Positions 10,470 to 21,745 are shown, numbered from the stretch's first letter. The stretch: 64,000 nt of DNA from Promethearchaeota archaeon (GCA_019057865.1 JAHLWP010000006.1:64001-128000); one strand, 5' to 3'. Notes: generated from the sequence alone by a model not told the origin. Program-made: numbers and translations.

Positions 10470-11555
10470 TTATGATTTAAATTCCTCCAAATATAATCTG
10501 CCATTATCTTGAGAAATTTTTGAGTAATTAGAGAGGAAATCTAACATTAATTTTCTTTCAGATACATTCTGAGTTTTTGATAATCGAATTTGAAATTCAA
10601 GGTCTTTTTCATTTTCAATGGAAATCCAATGCAATTTTTCAAAAAATCTTAAAATACATAGAAGAAACTCTTCTTGAGTACCAAAATTCTTAATTTCATT
10701 TTGTATTAAATTTATCCATTTTTCTCCAGCATTTTTATTACTAAAGTTTATGATTATATCTTTATCTTCAGCCATTTTCATCCATAAATAATAAGTCCTG
10801 TCATTAATAATTCTATAATAATTTGTAAGGAAAGAGAGATTATGCTCAATAAGTTTAAACCTTTCTTTTTTAGCAATATCTTTTTTGAAGAGTAAATCTG
10901 TTTCTTTTAAATCAAATCTACAGTATAATTCCGTATCTGAAAATGTAACATCTGTGATTTTTACACCTAATACACCAAACACAGCGGCATTAAATTTACA
11001 ATTTTCGAAAAATAGATTCTTGTAAGTCCCAATAAACTCGAAAATGCCGGTAGCATAGTGAGAATTTTTAGTTGTGAAAATATCTAGTTTCATTTCTTTT
11101 GTTAAGTTGTTAGCTAAAAAAAATCTTTTTATCATATTAAACCTATTTTTTAGTTCCTCATAATCTTGAGGCCTTACATCTTTTATAAACATCCTTCTTA
11201 TCGCAAATAAAAAACGAGGTGCTTGTTTAAATCTGAATGTTGTGTATCTATTTGATCTTACAGCCATCTCATGAAAGGGAATAATACCTCTAAATGTGAA
11301 TTGATCGAAGAAGTTCAATGTGTGACTATCGACAAATCTTTCAAAATCATCGAGAGTCTTTCCTTTCTCAAAACAATCCATTGATTTTTCCATAACATAA
11401 TTATAAAATGATGAAATACTACTAAATCTCTTATCTTCAGGATCTTTTCGATGATTTACATTGACATATCTTTCAACCCAGTCTTTGAGGGCAGGAGATA
11501 TTGATATTGTTTGTTGCGCTGTCTTTTTATTTGATAAATATTTTCTCGAAGTCAT
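10470..11555 (-). CDS. Hypothetical protein with N-terminal ribbon-helix-helix-like domain
   Basis: 361-aa ORF; QQTISISPALKDWV...FSSISSF fits a strand-helix-helix pattern. Confidence 0.6.
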   Translation of the reverse strand: MTSRKYLSNKKTAQQTISISPALKDWVERYVNVNHRKDPEDKRFSSISSFYNYVMEKSMDCFEKGKTLDDFERFVDSHTLNFFDQFTFRGIIPFHEMAVRSNRYTTFRFKQAPRFLFAIRRMFIKDVRPQDYEELKNRFNMIKRFFLANNLTKEMKLDIFTTKNSHYATGIFEFIGTYKNLFFENCKFNAAVFGVLGVKITDVTFSDTELYCRFDLKETDLLFKKDIAKKERFKLIEHNLSFLTNYYRIINDRTYYLWMKMAEDKDIIINFSNKNAGEKWINLIQNEIKNFGTQEEFLLCILRFFEKLHWISIENEKDLEFQIRLSKTQNVSERKLMLDFLSNYSKISQDNGRLYLEEFKS

Positions 11556-11929
11556 GGTTTATCATAATATGATTTTTTCAAAAATAGAATTATAAATTTA
11601 ATATATATTTAATTATAATAAGGAAGAGTCTTTTAAATTTACGTAAAAAATACTAACAGATTTTTCTTTTTAAAAGTACAATTTTATTATGGATATATTT
11701 TCATGAAATTAATTTTTATAATTGTTAAATACAATTAAGTTTTTATTGTTTTGAAACCAATTTTTCCTAATTGTATAGTTTAAATATGATTTGATGCTAC
11801 TTATTATTGTTTAAAATTTTACACTTAAATAAATGTTCCTGTCAAGAAGACCATATTTTGAATAAAATCGGGGAGTAGGGTAATTCCAGGGATAAAGACA
11901 AAATCCAAAAGGAAAAAAAAATAACTAAC

Positions 11930-13561
11930 TTAATTTAATCGTTTTGAAACATAAGGTCCGTTTATTTTATAACCCAAATCGTAAAACCAGCTCCTTGCTC
12001 CGATACCACTTATCACAGCTAATTTTTTTGTATCAAATTCTTGAAAAGCTATTTTTTCAGCATTTTTCATTAATAACTTTCCAAATCCTCGATGTTGAAT
12101 TTGAGTATATCGATTTGGTTTCAAATCTTTTGGAACGAGTTCTCCAACTACTTTGATTTCTCTAACAATCATTGTTTTTCCATCATTCAATTCAGGTCTA
12201 TGAGCAAATTCGGAAGGTTTTCTTAAGCGAAGGTATCCTATTAAATAATTATCTTTTTTATTTTCATAAGATAAAAATATCTCATTACTTTGAGATGCTT
12301 CATAATCAAAGCGATATAATTTGACATTTTCAAAATCATTTTGACCTAAAGTTTTCCTCCTTTTACTTATACCATATTCTCTACATCTTATGCAATTACA
12401 ATTAGCATCTAATTCTTTTAGCCTTTCTTGGACAAGTTGTCTTAAATTACTTTTTTTGCAACCAGCTTCTATTAATGGAGCTGGTATATCACGCATGATT
12501 CGTTGGATTCGTACATAGGGAGGTAAGTTCCTTTTCACATTTGCTAATAAATTAATTAATTCATGATTAGAATAGGGTGTATAAATTCCTTGTTTCCACC
12601 AATTGTATAATTCTGTGCCTTTTACTACCACTGTGGGATATATTTTTAACATATCAGGACGGTAATTAGGATGAGAGAACAAGTAATCAAACATTTCTAA
12701 ATCTTTGGAATAATTAGAAGAAGGTAAATTCGGCATCATATGGGCATTAACTTTTAGGCCCGCATCTTTAGAGATCCTTATCGCTTCTATACTATCATCA
12801 GTAGTGTGTCCTCTCTTAACTAAATCGTAAATTTCATTAAATACAGTCTGAATTCCAATCTCAACTCTTGTGGTTCCATAGAATAGCATTCGATCCACAT
12901 CTTTTTCCTTACAATAATCTGGTCTTGTTTCAATTGTTATTCCTATTATTCTTCTTTTAGAGTTTTCTGCAAGCTTTTGAGCTTCTTTTAAACTGTTTAC
13001 TTTCTTTTCAATGATTCCCTCTAAAGCACCCTTAACAAACTTTTCTTGATAACTGATATCAGAAGACAAGAAAGTTCCTCCCATAATTATCAATTCTATC
13101 TTGTCTATTTTATGACCTATGGCTTCTAAATCTCTTATCCTACTCTGGACTTGAAGGTAAGGATCATAATTATTATGAATAGAACGCATGGCAGCCGGTT
13201 CTCGACCAGTGTATGATTGAGCAACTTTTTCTCCCGGTTGAGAGTCTTGCCCTGGACAATATATACAAGTACCAGGACAAGGAAGTGGTTTAGTCATTAT
13301 GGCTATTACAGACACTCCTGATAAAGTTCTAGTTCGCCTTCTTTTAAGAATTTGAGTTATAATTTCTTGTTCTTCAGGAGTTGCATGATGTAATACAGTT
13401 GCATTTTTGATTACTTTTTTATAATGATATTTCTTACCTATTCTTCCTTTAATATTTGTGATTTTTTCACGAGACACTTGAGGATTTTCCATTAAATATT
13501 CAATGATTTCTCTTGAAATTTTCCTGGCTATTTCAACGCTCTTAATTTCTGATGGAACCAT
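11930..13561 (-). CDS. elp3: Elp3 tRNA uridine(34) acetyltransferase (radical SAM + KAT)
   Basis: RTLSGV; CPGTCIYCPG; SYTGREP; ETRPD; QHRGFG; ATG 13561 preferred over TTG 13615. Confidence 0.95.
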   Translation of the reverse strand: MVPSEIKSVEIARKISREIIEYLMENPQVSREKITNIKGRIGKKYHYKKVIKNATVLHHATPEEQEIITQILKRRRTRTLSGVSVIAIMTKPLPCPGTCIYCPGQDSQPGEKVAQSYTGREPAAMRSIHNNYDPYLQVQSRIRDLEAIGHKIDKIELIIMGGTFLSSDISYQEKFVKGALEGIIEKKVNSLKEAQKLAENSKRRIIGITIETRPDYCKEKDVDRMLFYGTTRVEIGIQTVFNEIYDLVKRGHTTDDSIEAIRISKDAGLKVNAHMMPNLPSSNYSKDLEMFDYLFSHPNYRPDMLKIYPTVVVKGTELYNWWKQGIYTPYSNHELINLLANVKRNLPPYVRIQRIMRDIPAPLIEAGCKKSNLRQLVQERLKELDANCNCIRCREYGISKRRKTLGQNDFENVKLYRFDYEASQSNEIFLSYENKKDNYLIGYLRLRKPSEFAHRPELNDGKTMIVREIKVVGELVPKDLKPNRYTQIQHRGFGKLLMKNAEKIAFQEFDTKKLAVISGIGARSWFYDLGYKINGPYVSKRLN

Positions 13562-13710
13562 CTTATTTAAATGTATAGTAGAGTTTACCTTTTTTATAAA
13601 TTTAATATATCTCAAGTTATATATTAAGCCGTGAAGTTAATACTTTACGATATACCTATTATCTTAATAAAAACTTGGAACTATTTTTAGATTTGATGTT
13701 AATATAGATC

Positions 13711-14562
13711 TTATTCTAAATCAATTTTCTTACCCGTAAAATCTCTTTGATATTTTCCAAAATCTTTTATTTTCTTTAGAGTTTCCAGACCAAAAATTGG
13801 TCCGTCTTTACATACCAATAAACCTAATGGATCTAATGTGCATAATCCACATAAACCACAACCACACCTCATAATTCGTTCAAGACTGGCATAGAACCCA
13901 ATAGAATGCTTCTCACATATTTGAAATAATCTGTATAACATAATTTCTGGACCACATGAATACACAATTAGATTTGATAACTCTTCTTTAGTATAGTTTT
14001 TTATCAAATCCTCAAAAACATCAGAAGCAATTCCTTTTACTCCATAACTACCATCATCCGTACAAAAATAAAATTCTGAAAAATCTTGATTATATAATTG
14101 GAAATCATCCATAAACATCAGTTCTTTATTAATTTTAACTCCTTCAATGACAATAAAGTGATAGTTCATTCTTATTAATTCAGATGAGAGCCATTTTAAG
14201 GGTGCCATACCTATTCCACCTCCAATTAAAATTAGTCTTTTTGATTTATCAGTTGGGATTGGAAAATGATTACCTAATGGTCCTCTTACACCAATATAAT
14301 TGCCTAAAGTTAAATTATATAATGCGTTTGTACATTCTCCAACATTTTTTACTGTAATAGACCAATTGCCGTTATCATCATAGCCAGAAATTGACATTGG
14401 GACCTCATCCACTCCTGGAACCCAGACCATTACGAATTGTCCTGGTTTTGGAGCGATATAATCTTTATTCTCCTTTTTCAGGTTAAAAAATAAGGTTTTA
14501 ACACCATTACATTCATTAATAACTCTCTCAACTTTTACAGTTCTTATCATATTCTCAGTCAA
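13711..14562 (-). CDS. pyrK: Dihydroorotate dehydrogenase electron-transfer subunit
   Basis: PGQFVMVW; RGPLG; GGGIG; CGPE; CGCGLCGLC..CKDGP. Confidence 0.95.
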   Translation of the reverse strand: MTENMIRTVKVERVINECNGVKTLFFNLKKENKDYIAPKPGQFVMVWVPGVDEVPMSISGYDDNGNWSITVKNVGECTNALYNLTLGNYIGVRGPLGNHFPIPTDKSKRLILIGGGIGMAPLKWLSSELIRMNYHFIVIEGVKINKELMFMDDFQLYNQDFSEFYFCTDDGSYGVKGIASDVFEDLIKNYTKEELSNLIVYSCGPEIMLYRLFQICEKHSIGFYASLERIMRCGCGLCGLCTLDPLGLLVCKDGPIFGLETLKKIKDFGKYQRDFTGKKIDLE

Positions 14563-15481
14563 AATCTGGCACCTCTTGTGTTTTGAACTGATGAGCTAAA
14601 CCTTTTATGTCATTTATCGATTTATATTGGTTATCCTTGAGATAGTGAATAATTCCTTTATTAATTTCAGTAATAATTTCAACTCCTTTATATAATGCTG
14701 TACCAATTTGCATTGCTGAAGCTCCTGCTAACAAAAACTCTACCACATCCTCCCATGAATCAATCCCCCCACAGCCAATTATAGGAATTTTTAATATTTT
14801 ATATAAATCATACACTTTTTTTATGGCTATTGGATGTATTGCTTTCCCTGATAGTCCACCACTTCCATGAGATAAAATAGGTCTTTTAGTATTCACATCT
14901 ATTTTCAATGCTGTTAAAGTATTTATCGCAACAACTCCATCAGCTCCTCCTTTTTCAGCAGCTAGAGCAATTTTTCCTATATTTGTAACATTAGGGTTTA
15001 ACTTTACGAAAAGTGGTTTTGATAAATGTTCTTTTATATATTTTACTATCTGATAAGTTAAATCTTTATCAATTCCAATAGAGGCAACTTCTGCATGAGG
15101 GCAAGAGATATTAATTTCAATGGCATCAGCTCCAGCTTTTTCAGCTTTAGTTGCTACTTCAAGATAAACCTCTTTTGTATCTCCAAATACACTCACAATT
15201 AAAGGAATATTATTTTCTTTTATTTCTTTAATTTCCGATATAAAATCATCAATCCCAGGATTTCCGAGTCCAACACTATTCATAAAAGTTCCGGGGTAGA
15301 TTTCAATTATAGAGGGGTTTTTATATCCTTTTCTTGGTTTTGGTCCTATAGATTTAGTAGTTACAGCACCAGCTCCAGCATTAATGACTCGCTTCATCGA
15401 AGAAAAAGATACTCCTAAAATCCCTGAAGCTAAAATTATAGGAGATTTTAGTTTTAAACCAGATAGATTTATTTCTAGCAT
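14555..15481 (-). CDS. pyrD: Dihydroorotate dehydrogenase (family 1B)
   Basis: LASG; TTKS; NISCPH; GGLSG; GCGGI. Confidence 0.96.
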   Translation of the reverse strand: MLEINLSGLKLKSPIILASGILGVSFSSMKRVINAGAGAVTTKSIGPKPRKGYKNPSIIEIYPGTFMNSVGLGNPGIDDFISEIKEIKENNIPLIVSVFGDTKEVYLEVATKAEKAGADAIEINISCPHAEVASIGIDKDLTYQIVKYIKEHLSKPLFVKLNPNVTNIGKIALAAEKGGADGVVAINTLTALKIDVNTKRPILSHGSGGLSGKAIHPIAIKKVYDLYKILKIPIIGCGGIDSWEDVVEFLLAGASAMQIGTALYKGVEIITEINKGIIHYLKDNQYKSINDIKGLAHQFKTQEVPDFD

Positions 15482-15558
15482 TTTTTAAAAGAAAATAATG
15501 ATTATAATTTTATAATAATTATTAATGAAGATAAAATAACATAGATTAAAAAAGAAAA

Positions 15559-16770
15559 ATGAAATCTTACATTGCAGATACATTAATCGGAATTTTTGCT
15601 TTTGATGAGACCGGAAATATTTTGAATTTTATTGATTTTGATGGTGATAACGTAAAAATTATTGAATTTTATAATGCCATCGAAACAAATGTGATTTTGA
15701 AAATATATGAAGATTTTCTACTCGAATTAACTAATTCCGGTTTTAATGAATTTATATTCGATAATAAGAGGTTAGAACTATTAACTTCAACCAATTTAGG
15801 ATACAATACGATATTTAAAAATTTGTCAATTGAACTGAAGAATTTTCGCTTAACATTGGAACACCAATTAAAAAAAATAGGGATAGTTAAATCTCAAACT
15901 GAAATACTTAGACAATTTAAAGAGATAAGTGAGCAATTAACAAAAATAAAAGTAAGTCAAGCAGGAGGAAAAGCTGATATAATTATAATACAAATAATTA
16001 CCACCGTAGATATCATTAAGAAATCACTAAATTTATTTTCTGCTCGGCTGAGGGAGTGGTATGGTCTACATTTTCCAGAATTAACAGATAAAATAATTGA
16101 TGATGATATTATATTAGCAAGTTTAGTATCAACTTTAGGTTCTAGAAATAAATTTACTTTAGAAAATTTAAAGAAGAATTTTGATCTTAAAGAACGAACA
16201 ATTGAAAGGTTAACACAACAAGCTTCAGAATCTATGGGCGCTGATATTGATCTTACAATTATACAAAATTATGCTCACCAAATTATTGCTTTAGATCGAT
16301 ATAGACAAGAATTAGAGATATATTTAGAAGACTTAGTTGAAAAAACAGCACCAAATATTAATGCAATCATAGGCTCTTTAATAGGAGCAAAATTAATTGC
16401 AAAAGCTGGTGGTTTAAGAAAGTTGGCTTTTATGCCAGCATCTAGAATTCAACTACTAGGAGCTGAAAAAGCATTATATCGCTTCCTTAAAACAGGGGAA
16501 AAAAGACCTAAACATGGTTTGATTTTTCAGTGGAATCAAATTAGATCTGCGAAAGTGAGTCATAGAGGGAATATTGCTCGGATAGTTGCAGGTAAAATAG
16601 GAATTGCCGCCAAGGTTGATTTCTTTGGAGGTGAATTCATAGGAGATATCTTAACAAAACAAGTTAAAGAAAAAATAGAAGAAATAAAACTTAAATACCC
16701 TATAACTCCAAAAAAAACTAAATCACAAAAAATAAAACAAAAATCAAAAAGTAAAAAGAAAAAAAATTGA
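15559..16770 (+). CDS. nop5: Box C/D sRNP protein Nop5
   Basis: REWYGLHFPEL; IQLLGAEKAL; PKHGLIF; Lys-rich tail. Confidence 0.96.
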   Translation: MKSYIADTLIGIFAFDETGNILNFIDFDGDNVKIIEFYNAIETNVILKIYEDFLLELTNSGFNEFIFDNKRLELLTSTNLGYNTIFKNLSIELKNFRLTLEHQLKKIGIVKSQTEILRQFKEISEQLTKIKVSQAGGKADIIIIQIITTVDIIKKSLNLFSARLREWYGLHFPELTDKIIDDDIILASLVSTLGSRNKFTLENLKKNFDLKERTIERLTQQASESMGADIDLTIIQNYAHQIIALDRYRQELEIYLEDLVEKTAPNINAIIGSLIGAKLIAKAGGLRKLAFMPASRIQLLGAEKALYRFLKTGEKRPKHGLIFQWNQIRSAKVSHRGNIARIVAGKIGIAAKVDFFGGEFIGDILTKQVKEKIEEIKLKYPITPKKTKSQKIKQKSKSKKKKN

Positions 16771-16787
16771 GGGATTTTATTTTAAAA

Positions 16788-17489
16788 ATGATAAATATTG
16801 AAATTCGAAATCATCCAAAATTTTATAATGTCTATATATCAGGACCTCAAGAAAACTTAAAACTCTATACTAAAAATTTAACTTTAGGGAATAGAGTGTA
16901 TGGGGAGCGATTAATTAATTATAAGGGGATTGAATACCGAGAATGGGATCCCTTTAGGAGTAAGCTAGCAGCTATATTATTAGAAAATCCTATTACTAGC
17001 TTTTTAAATAGAAACTTAAAATGTTTGTATTTAGGAGCATCATCAGGAACAACAATTTCTCATCTTTCAGATATTGTTCATGACGGAATAATTTATGGCA
17101 TAGAATTTGCGGAACGAAGTATGAGGCAACTAATTCAAAATACGTCTAAAAGAGCAAATATTGTACCGATATTAGGAGATGCTCGGTATCCAGAAACTTA
17201 CTCAAATTCAATATTTACCGATATAGATTTAATTTATCAAGATGTTTCTCAACCAAATCAAGCTGAGATTGCTATTATTAATTCAAATTATTATTTAAAT
17301 GATGAAGGTACAATCATAGTAGCTATAAAATCTCAATCAATAGATAGTATTACTAAATCAGAAAAAATTTATAAACATGAGAGAGATATTTTTGAAAAAT
17401 CTGGTTATAAGATAATAGAAAGTATAAATATTCATAGATACGCTGCTAATCACATAGTTTTAATAGTGAAGAAAAAGGGAATTAGTTAA
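16788..17489 (+). CDS. flpA: Fibrillarin-like rRNA/tRNA 2'-O-methyltransferase
   Basis: VYGE; YREWDPFRSKLAA; LYLGASSGTT; DVSQPNQ. Confidence 0.96.
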   Translation: MINIEIRNHPKFYNVYISGPQENLKLYTKNLTLGNRVYGERLINYKGIEYREWDPFRSKLAAILLENPITSFLNRNLKCLYLGASSGTTISHLSDIVHDGIIYGIEFAERSMRQLIQNTSKRANIVPILGDARYPETYSNSIFTDIDLIYQDVSQPNQAEIAIINSNYYLNDEGTIIVAIKSQSIDSITKSEKIYKHERDIFEKSGYKIIESINIHRYAANHIVLIVKKKGIS

Positions 17490-18210
17490 AATATTCAGTA
17501 ATTTTTCTATTCTCTACTTCTTCATTTAAGATTTTTTTTGTTGTAACCCATGATTTCCTAGCAAACTGAGGGGGTTTTTTATTTTTTTTTATCCAATCTC
17601 TGAGGAAAGTTGTCGTTTTTATATCAGAAGGATAACCAGAGCCAAAATCACCAAACTTTTCTTTCAATTCTTCTATTAAATTATCTCTTATATCTTTTGC
17701 AATTATTGAACTTGCCGAAACTATAGGATAGGTATCATCAGCTTTATGTTTAGAAATAATTTGTCTTGGCATATATTCCAATAACATTCTAATTGATTCT
17801 CCGAATCTTTCTTCATTGACATCCGCAGCATCGATATATATACTATCTGGTTTTAACTCATTTATAATCTCAGCAATTTTTAATTCTTCTAGTCTGTTAA
17901 TAGATATTTTCCTCTCTTCTCTCTGATCGATCTCCTTAGCATTAATTACTATAACTTTATAAGAATGACAATTATCTTTTATTGCTTTAGTTAATTCACT
18001 TCTTCTTTTAGTGGATAATTTTTTAGAATCCTTAACACCAATTTTAGATAAAAAATCTAATTTTGACCTATTAAAACAAACACCACATAAAACCATTGGA
18101 CCTAAGACGGGCCCTTTTCGCATATAATTCGAATTGGACTATATTCTACCAGCCTCGTCTATTCCACAAACTATATCTAATTCTTCATTATGATTCTTGG
18201 ATGAGTTCAA
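17482..18210 (-). CDS. rnhB: Ribonuclease HII, split gene: exon 1 18210-18146, exon 2 18115-17482 (232 aa if spliced)
   Basis: Exon 1 (TTG start, inferred) MNSSKNHNEELDIVCGIDEAG; exon 2 (R)GPVLGPMV..DSKKL..DA..HKAD..GSGYPSD..PIP-like KITEYF; a 30-nt insert with in-frame TAG separates DEAGR from GP. Confidence 0.92.
18116..18145 (-). other. Putative 30-nt BHB intron in rnhB mRNA
   Basis: AATATAGTCCAATTCGAATTATATGCGAAA; bulges AG^A and AA^A; 4-nt central helix UGGU/GCGA (one mismatch); inner helix AUAUAG/UUAUAU. Confidence 0.82.
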
Positions 18211-19192
18211 TGAATTCCTCTTCATCATCAATTTCTTCTAAATTTTTAATTCTAACAATAGGAATTTTATTTTTTAAAAAAGTATCTGGGATTTTAATGT
18301 TGTTATTTACTATGAAGAGCGCAATTTTATGAAATAAGTCGGTAAACATTTTTAAGCATTTAGGATTTAACTGTTTAATCTTGTTTTGATCTTCACTAAT
18401 TCCTGAAAAAAGAGGATAAAAACCTTCTATTTTAGACTTGTCAGTTTTGGAATATAATGATAATTTGAAGGGTATTGAGCCTCTTTTATACCAATAGGAG
18501 GAAATCCCAATATCTTTGAATATTGATTGAACATGAGATTCAAAATCACTTAATTCGCTCTCCTCCATAAAATCACTTTGATCTATTTCGTATTTGAATT
18601 TCCAGTCAAAAATATTGATTTTTTTAAAAATTTCACTATCTTCTAAAATGTTTTTAATGTTTTCAGCTACTTTTTCAGAAGGATGCATACTTTCATTTTC
18701 ATAAGCACATACGGTTCTTTTTGTAACTCCAAGTTTTTCTGATAATTCTTTTCTCGTTATTGATTGCTTTTCTCGTAAGGTTTTCATCACATTGCCATTT
18801 ACAAATACTATCCCTCCCCCTCTCTTAGCAAGTATATAAGGATATATATTTTCATCTAAGATCTTTTCTAAAGTATTAAAAGTTATAAATGGCAATCCAT
18901 TCCTAATATAAATAGTATCATCTTCTAATTTTTGATATCGATTCCTAATTCCAATTAATAACGGTTTTGATTTTAGTATTATGGATAAAGATTTAATATC
19001 ATTAATTATATCTGGGGTTATATTATCAATATTCGGAAAAATTTTTAAGCTAAAAATTAAATCATTCTTTTTAACTAATATATCAAAACAAAATTTGTTT
19101 TTTTTTGAGGAAAAATTGTCTAAAGCAAATGTTTCGAACTTTGCCTTCCTTAATAAAATATTAATTTTCTGAAGAATCTGATCAATCATCAA
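18188..19192 (-). CDS. Archaeal Cro/C1-type HTH transcriptional regulator
   Basis: FCFDIL..K; YIRNGLP; KRGG; HTH SITRKELSEKLGVTKRTVCAYE. Confidence 0.88.
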   Translation of the reverse strand: MMIDQILQKINILLRKAKFETFALDNFSSKKNKFCFDILVKKNDLIFSLKIFPNIDNITPDIINDIKSLSIILKSKPLLIGIRNRYQKLEDDTIYIRNGLPFITFNTLEKILDENIYPYILAKRGGGIVFVNGNVMKTLREKQSITRKELSEKLGVTKRTVCAYENESMHPSEKVAENIKNILEDSEIFKKINIFDWKFKYEIDQSDFMEESELSDFESHVQSIFKDIGISSYWYKRGSIPFKLSLYSKTDKSKIEGFYPLFSGISEDQNKIKQLNPKCLKMFTDLFHKIALFIVNNNIKIPDTFLKNKIPIVRIKNLEEIDDEEEFIELIQES

Positions 19193-19290
19193 TTCTATTT
19201 ACTCTAAAGACTATATACTATTAAAAAATAATTCATTTATATATTAAATATTAAATTATCAATAAATACTTTCTATTAAATATTATAATA

Positions 19291-19860
19291 TTATTTTTTA
19301 GGTATTTTAAGTAAATCTGAATCGGTAATAATTCCTATAAATTTATGATTAATATCTTTTACTAATACTGCAGGGTACTTAACAAGTAAATTCGAGATAT
19401 CTTTAATATTCCATTTTTTATCAATTTCCGGAAATAGTAACTCTTTTATAAGAGATACTTCCACATTGAGAAGCTCTGGATTATCAGTTAAATATTTTTG
19501 AATTTTTTTAGAGGTTAAACTTCCTAAATTTTGTTGATTTTCTAAGATTGGAAGTTGAGAGATTTCATGTTTATTCATTAGATCTACTGCTTCCCTTATA
19601 GTCGAGCTAGGTTTGATAGATATAATATTCCGGGTCATAATATCTTCAGCATGTTTCTTTGACTTTTCTCTTATCTTACGTTCATATTCTAGATATTCAT
19701 ATATTCTTTTGATTTTGGAATATGGAGGATCTATCGATCCATTTTCAATCCTAGATATTGTAGATTGTGGAATCTCTAATTTTCTTCCTAGATCTTTTTG
19801 AGTTATACCTAATTTTTTCCTTAAATCTTTAATTTTATCCAAAGAAGGGAGAGTTTCCAT
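19291..19860 (-). CDS. XRE-HTH + CBS-pair transcriptional regulator
   Basis: LGITQKDLG..QSTISRIENG; AEDIM; ISQLP; GIITDSD. Confidence 0.93.
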   Translation of the reverse strand: METLPSLDKIKDLRKKLGITQKDLGRKLEIPQSTISRIENGSIDPPYSKIKRIYEYLEYERKIREKSKKHAEDIMTRNIISIKPSSTIREAVDLMNKHEISQLPILENQQNLGSLTSKKIQKYLTDNPELLNVEVSLIKELLFPEIDKKWNIKDISNLLVKYPAVLVKDINHKFIGIITDSDLLKIPKK

Positions 19861-20049
19861 AGGTAAAAAAAATATTATTATGCTTCTTATGCATAATATA
19901 ATTACATAATATTTATAAAAATTATTAATTATAAATGTATATAAAATGAATTTAATCCATTTTTCGTTTAATAATGATTTTAACTGATAATTAATTTAAA
20001 AACATACTTAAACCAAATATTTATTTAAATAAGAAGACGGTTAAATGAA

Positions 20050-21297
20050 ATGTTAAAAATTGAACATTTAGACTCAAAGTTCGCTGTTGAACGCTCTGAA
20101 TTTCCAGAGCTCGTTGAAAGAAAAGGAGTCGGACATCCTGATAGTGTTTGTGATGCTGTAGCCGATGCATGCTCTAGATCGCTATGTGGTTATTATTTGG
20201 AGAATTTCAACCGTGTATATCATCATAATGTAGATAAAGCAGCACTGGTAGGCGGGGTCGCCAAACCAGAGTTTGGTGGCGGATTAATTATCCAACCACA
20301 ATATTTTTTGATTGTCGGAAGAGCTATTAATCAAATAATAACAGAATGTGCTCCGGGAGAATATAAATTAGAATATATCCCCATTGCAACGATTTGTCTT
20401 GAAACCTCGCGTCAAGTTATGGGAAGAATTTTCCGTAATCTTGATTTAAATAAAAATATACAATTTGATACAGCTATTCGACCAGGGTCTACTGATTTAA
20501 CTGGTTTATTTGATGAATCTCATCATACTGAGGAAGTTCCCTTAGCAAATGATACGAGTTTTGGCGTAGGGTATGCCCCTTATTCAGATGTAGAGCGAGT
20601 AACTCTTGAAGCTGAAAGATTAATTAATTCAGATAAATTTAAGGATAAATGTAAAGCTTCTGGTGAAGACGTAAAGGTTATGACTCAAAGGGTTGGAAAT
20701 AACATAGGTATAACCGTAGCAGCAGCTATGATTAGTAAATATACTAATGACATTGGTGAATATGTTAATTATACTAATCAGGTTAAGGATGCTGTTTTAG
20801 ATTTAGCAGCAGATATAATTCCAGAACGCGAAGTTACTTGTCAGGTAAACGTTGCTGATATTTTAGAGAAAAACCTAATTTACTTAACTATAACTGGCAC
20901 TAGTGCTGAATCAGGTGATGATGGGGAGGTAGGACGAGGAAATAGAAGTAATGGTTTAATAACCCCCTGTAGACCGATGAGTTTAGAAGCAGTATGCGGC
21001 AAGAATCCGATTAATCATGTTGGAAAGATTTATAATATCCTTAGTACTAATATGGCAAGAGAAATTCATAAAAGAGGGCAAGGAGATATCATTGAGGTTT
21101 ATGTAAAATTACTCTCTCAAATTGGAAGACCAATTACAGATCCATGGATTAATTCCATCAATTTAATCCCTGCAGAGAATATTAATTTTAGCAGCATTGA
21201 AAAAATTGCTAAAGAAGTTTCGGAAGAGATGCTGAGCAAAGAAAAATTAATGGTATTAAGAAAGCGTCTGATAGAAGGTAAGGAACAAGTATATTAA
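20050..21297 (+). CDS. mat: Archaeal S-adenosylmethionine synthetase
   Basis: [10 protein letters not shown]; HHNVDK; ANDTSFG; [12 protein letters not shown]. Confidence 0.97.
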   Translation: MLKIEHLDSKFAVERSEFPELVERKGVGHPDSVCDAVADACSRSLCGYYLENFNRVYHHNVDKAALVGGVAKPEFGGGLIIQPQYFLIVGRAINQIITECAPGEYKLEYIPIATICLETSRQVMGRIFRNLDLNKNIQFDTAIRPGSTDLTGLFDESHHTEEVPLANDTSFGVGYAPYSDVERVTLEAERLINSDKFKDKCKASGEDVKVMTQRVGNNIGITVAAAMISKYTNDIGEYVNYTNQVKDAVLDLAADIIPEREVTCQVNVADILEKNLIYLTITGTSAESGDDGEVGRGNRSNGLITPCRPMSLEAVCGKNPINHVGKIYNILSTNMAREIHKRGQGDIIEVYVKLLSQIGRPITDPWINSINLIPAENINFSSIEKIAKEVSEEMLSKEKLMVLRKRLIEGKEQVY

Positions 21298-21454
21298 AAT
21301 AGATTTTTCATTAGAGCTTTTTTATTTTTTTTCTATTTTTATTAGTTAATATATTATGAGTTCAGAATAAAGATAGATTCAAAATTAATAAAAAAAATAT
21401 ATTAATAGAATTAATTCGAATTCAAAAATAAGATAGAGTTAAGGTGATAAAAAT

Positions 21455-21745
21455 TTGGGTTTAGATAAATGGCTCAAACCAGAGGAAGAGGTAAAGAAGA
21501 AAAGGAGAGAAAAAAAAGATGAAGATAATTCGTTACAGAGGGTTTCTAAACCCAAAAAAGAAAAGAATGATACAAATGCACGGAAATCAGTTGAAAATAC
21601 AATAAAAAGGTTATCCAAATTTGAACTCGTTTGTTCAAATAGAAAATGTAAATACAAAAAAACAATTATGAAAAAACTACTCACGGAAAAGGATAAAACT
21701 TGTCCGAGATGTAGTGGCGTGATGAAAGTTCAAAAACTTAATTGA
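21455..21745 (+). CDS. Small Zn-ribbon protein with N-terminal LDKWL motif
   Basis: GGTGA Shine-Dalgarno plus TTG start; CSNRKC..CPRC. Confidence 0.8.
   Translation: MGLDKWLKPEEEVKKKRREKKDEDNSLQRVSKPKKEKNDTNARKSVENTIKRLSKFELVCSNRKCKYKKTIMKKLLTEKDKTCPRCSGVMKVQKLN

Noticed and set aside
11833-11915. G-richer stretch downstream of elp3 (TTCCAGGGATAAA) as ORB element or ncRNA
   Set aside because: Single weak match, far from cdc6, with no convincing fold or C/D boxes.
18139-18141. TAG in rnhB read as pyrrolysine or readthrough
   Set aside because: Readthrough would insert 10 residues into the invariant DEAGRGP motif. BHB geometry explains the insert exactly.
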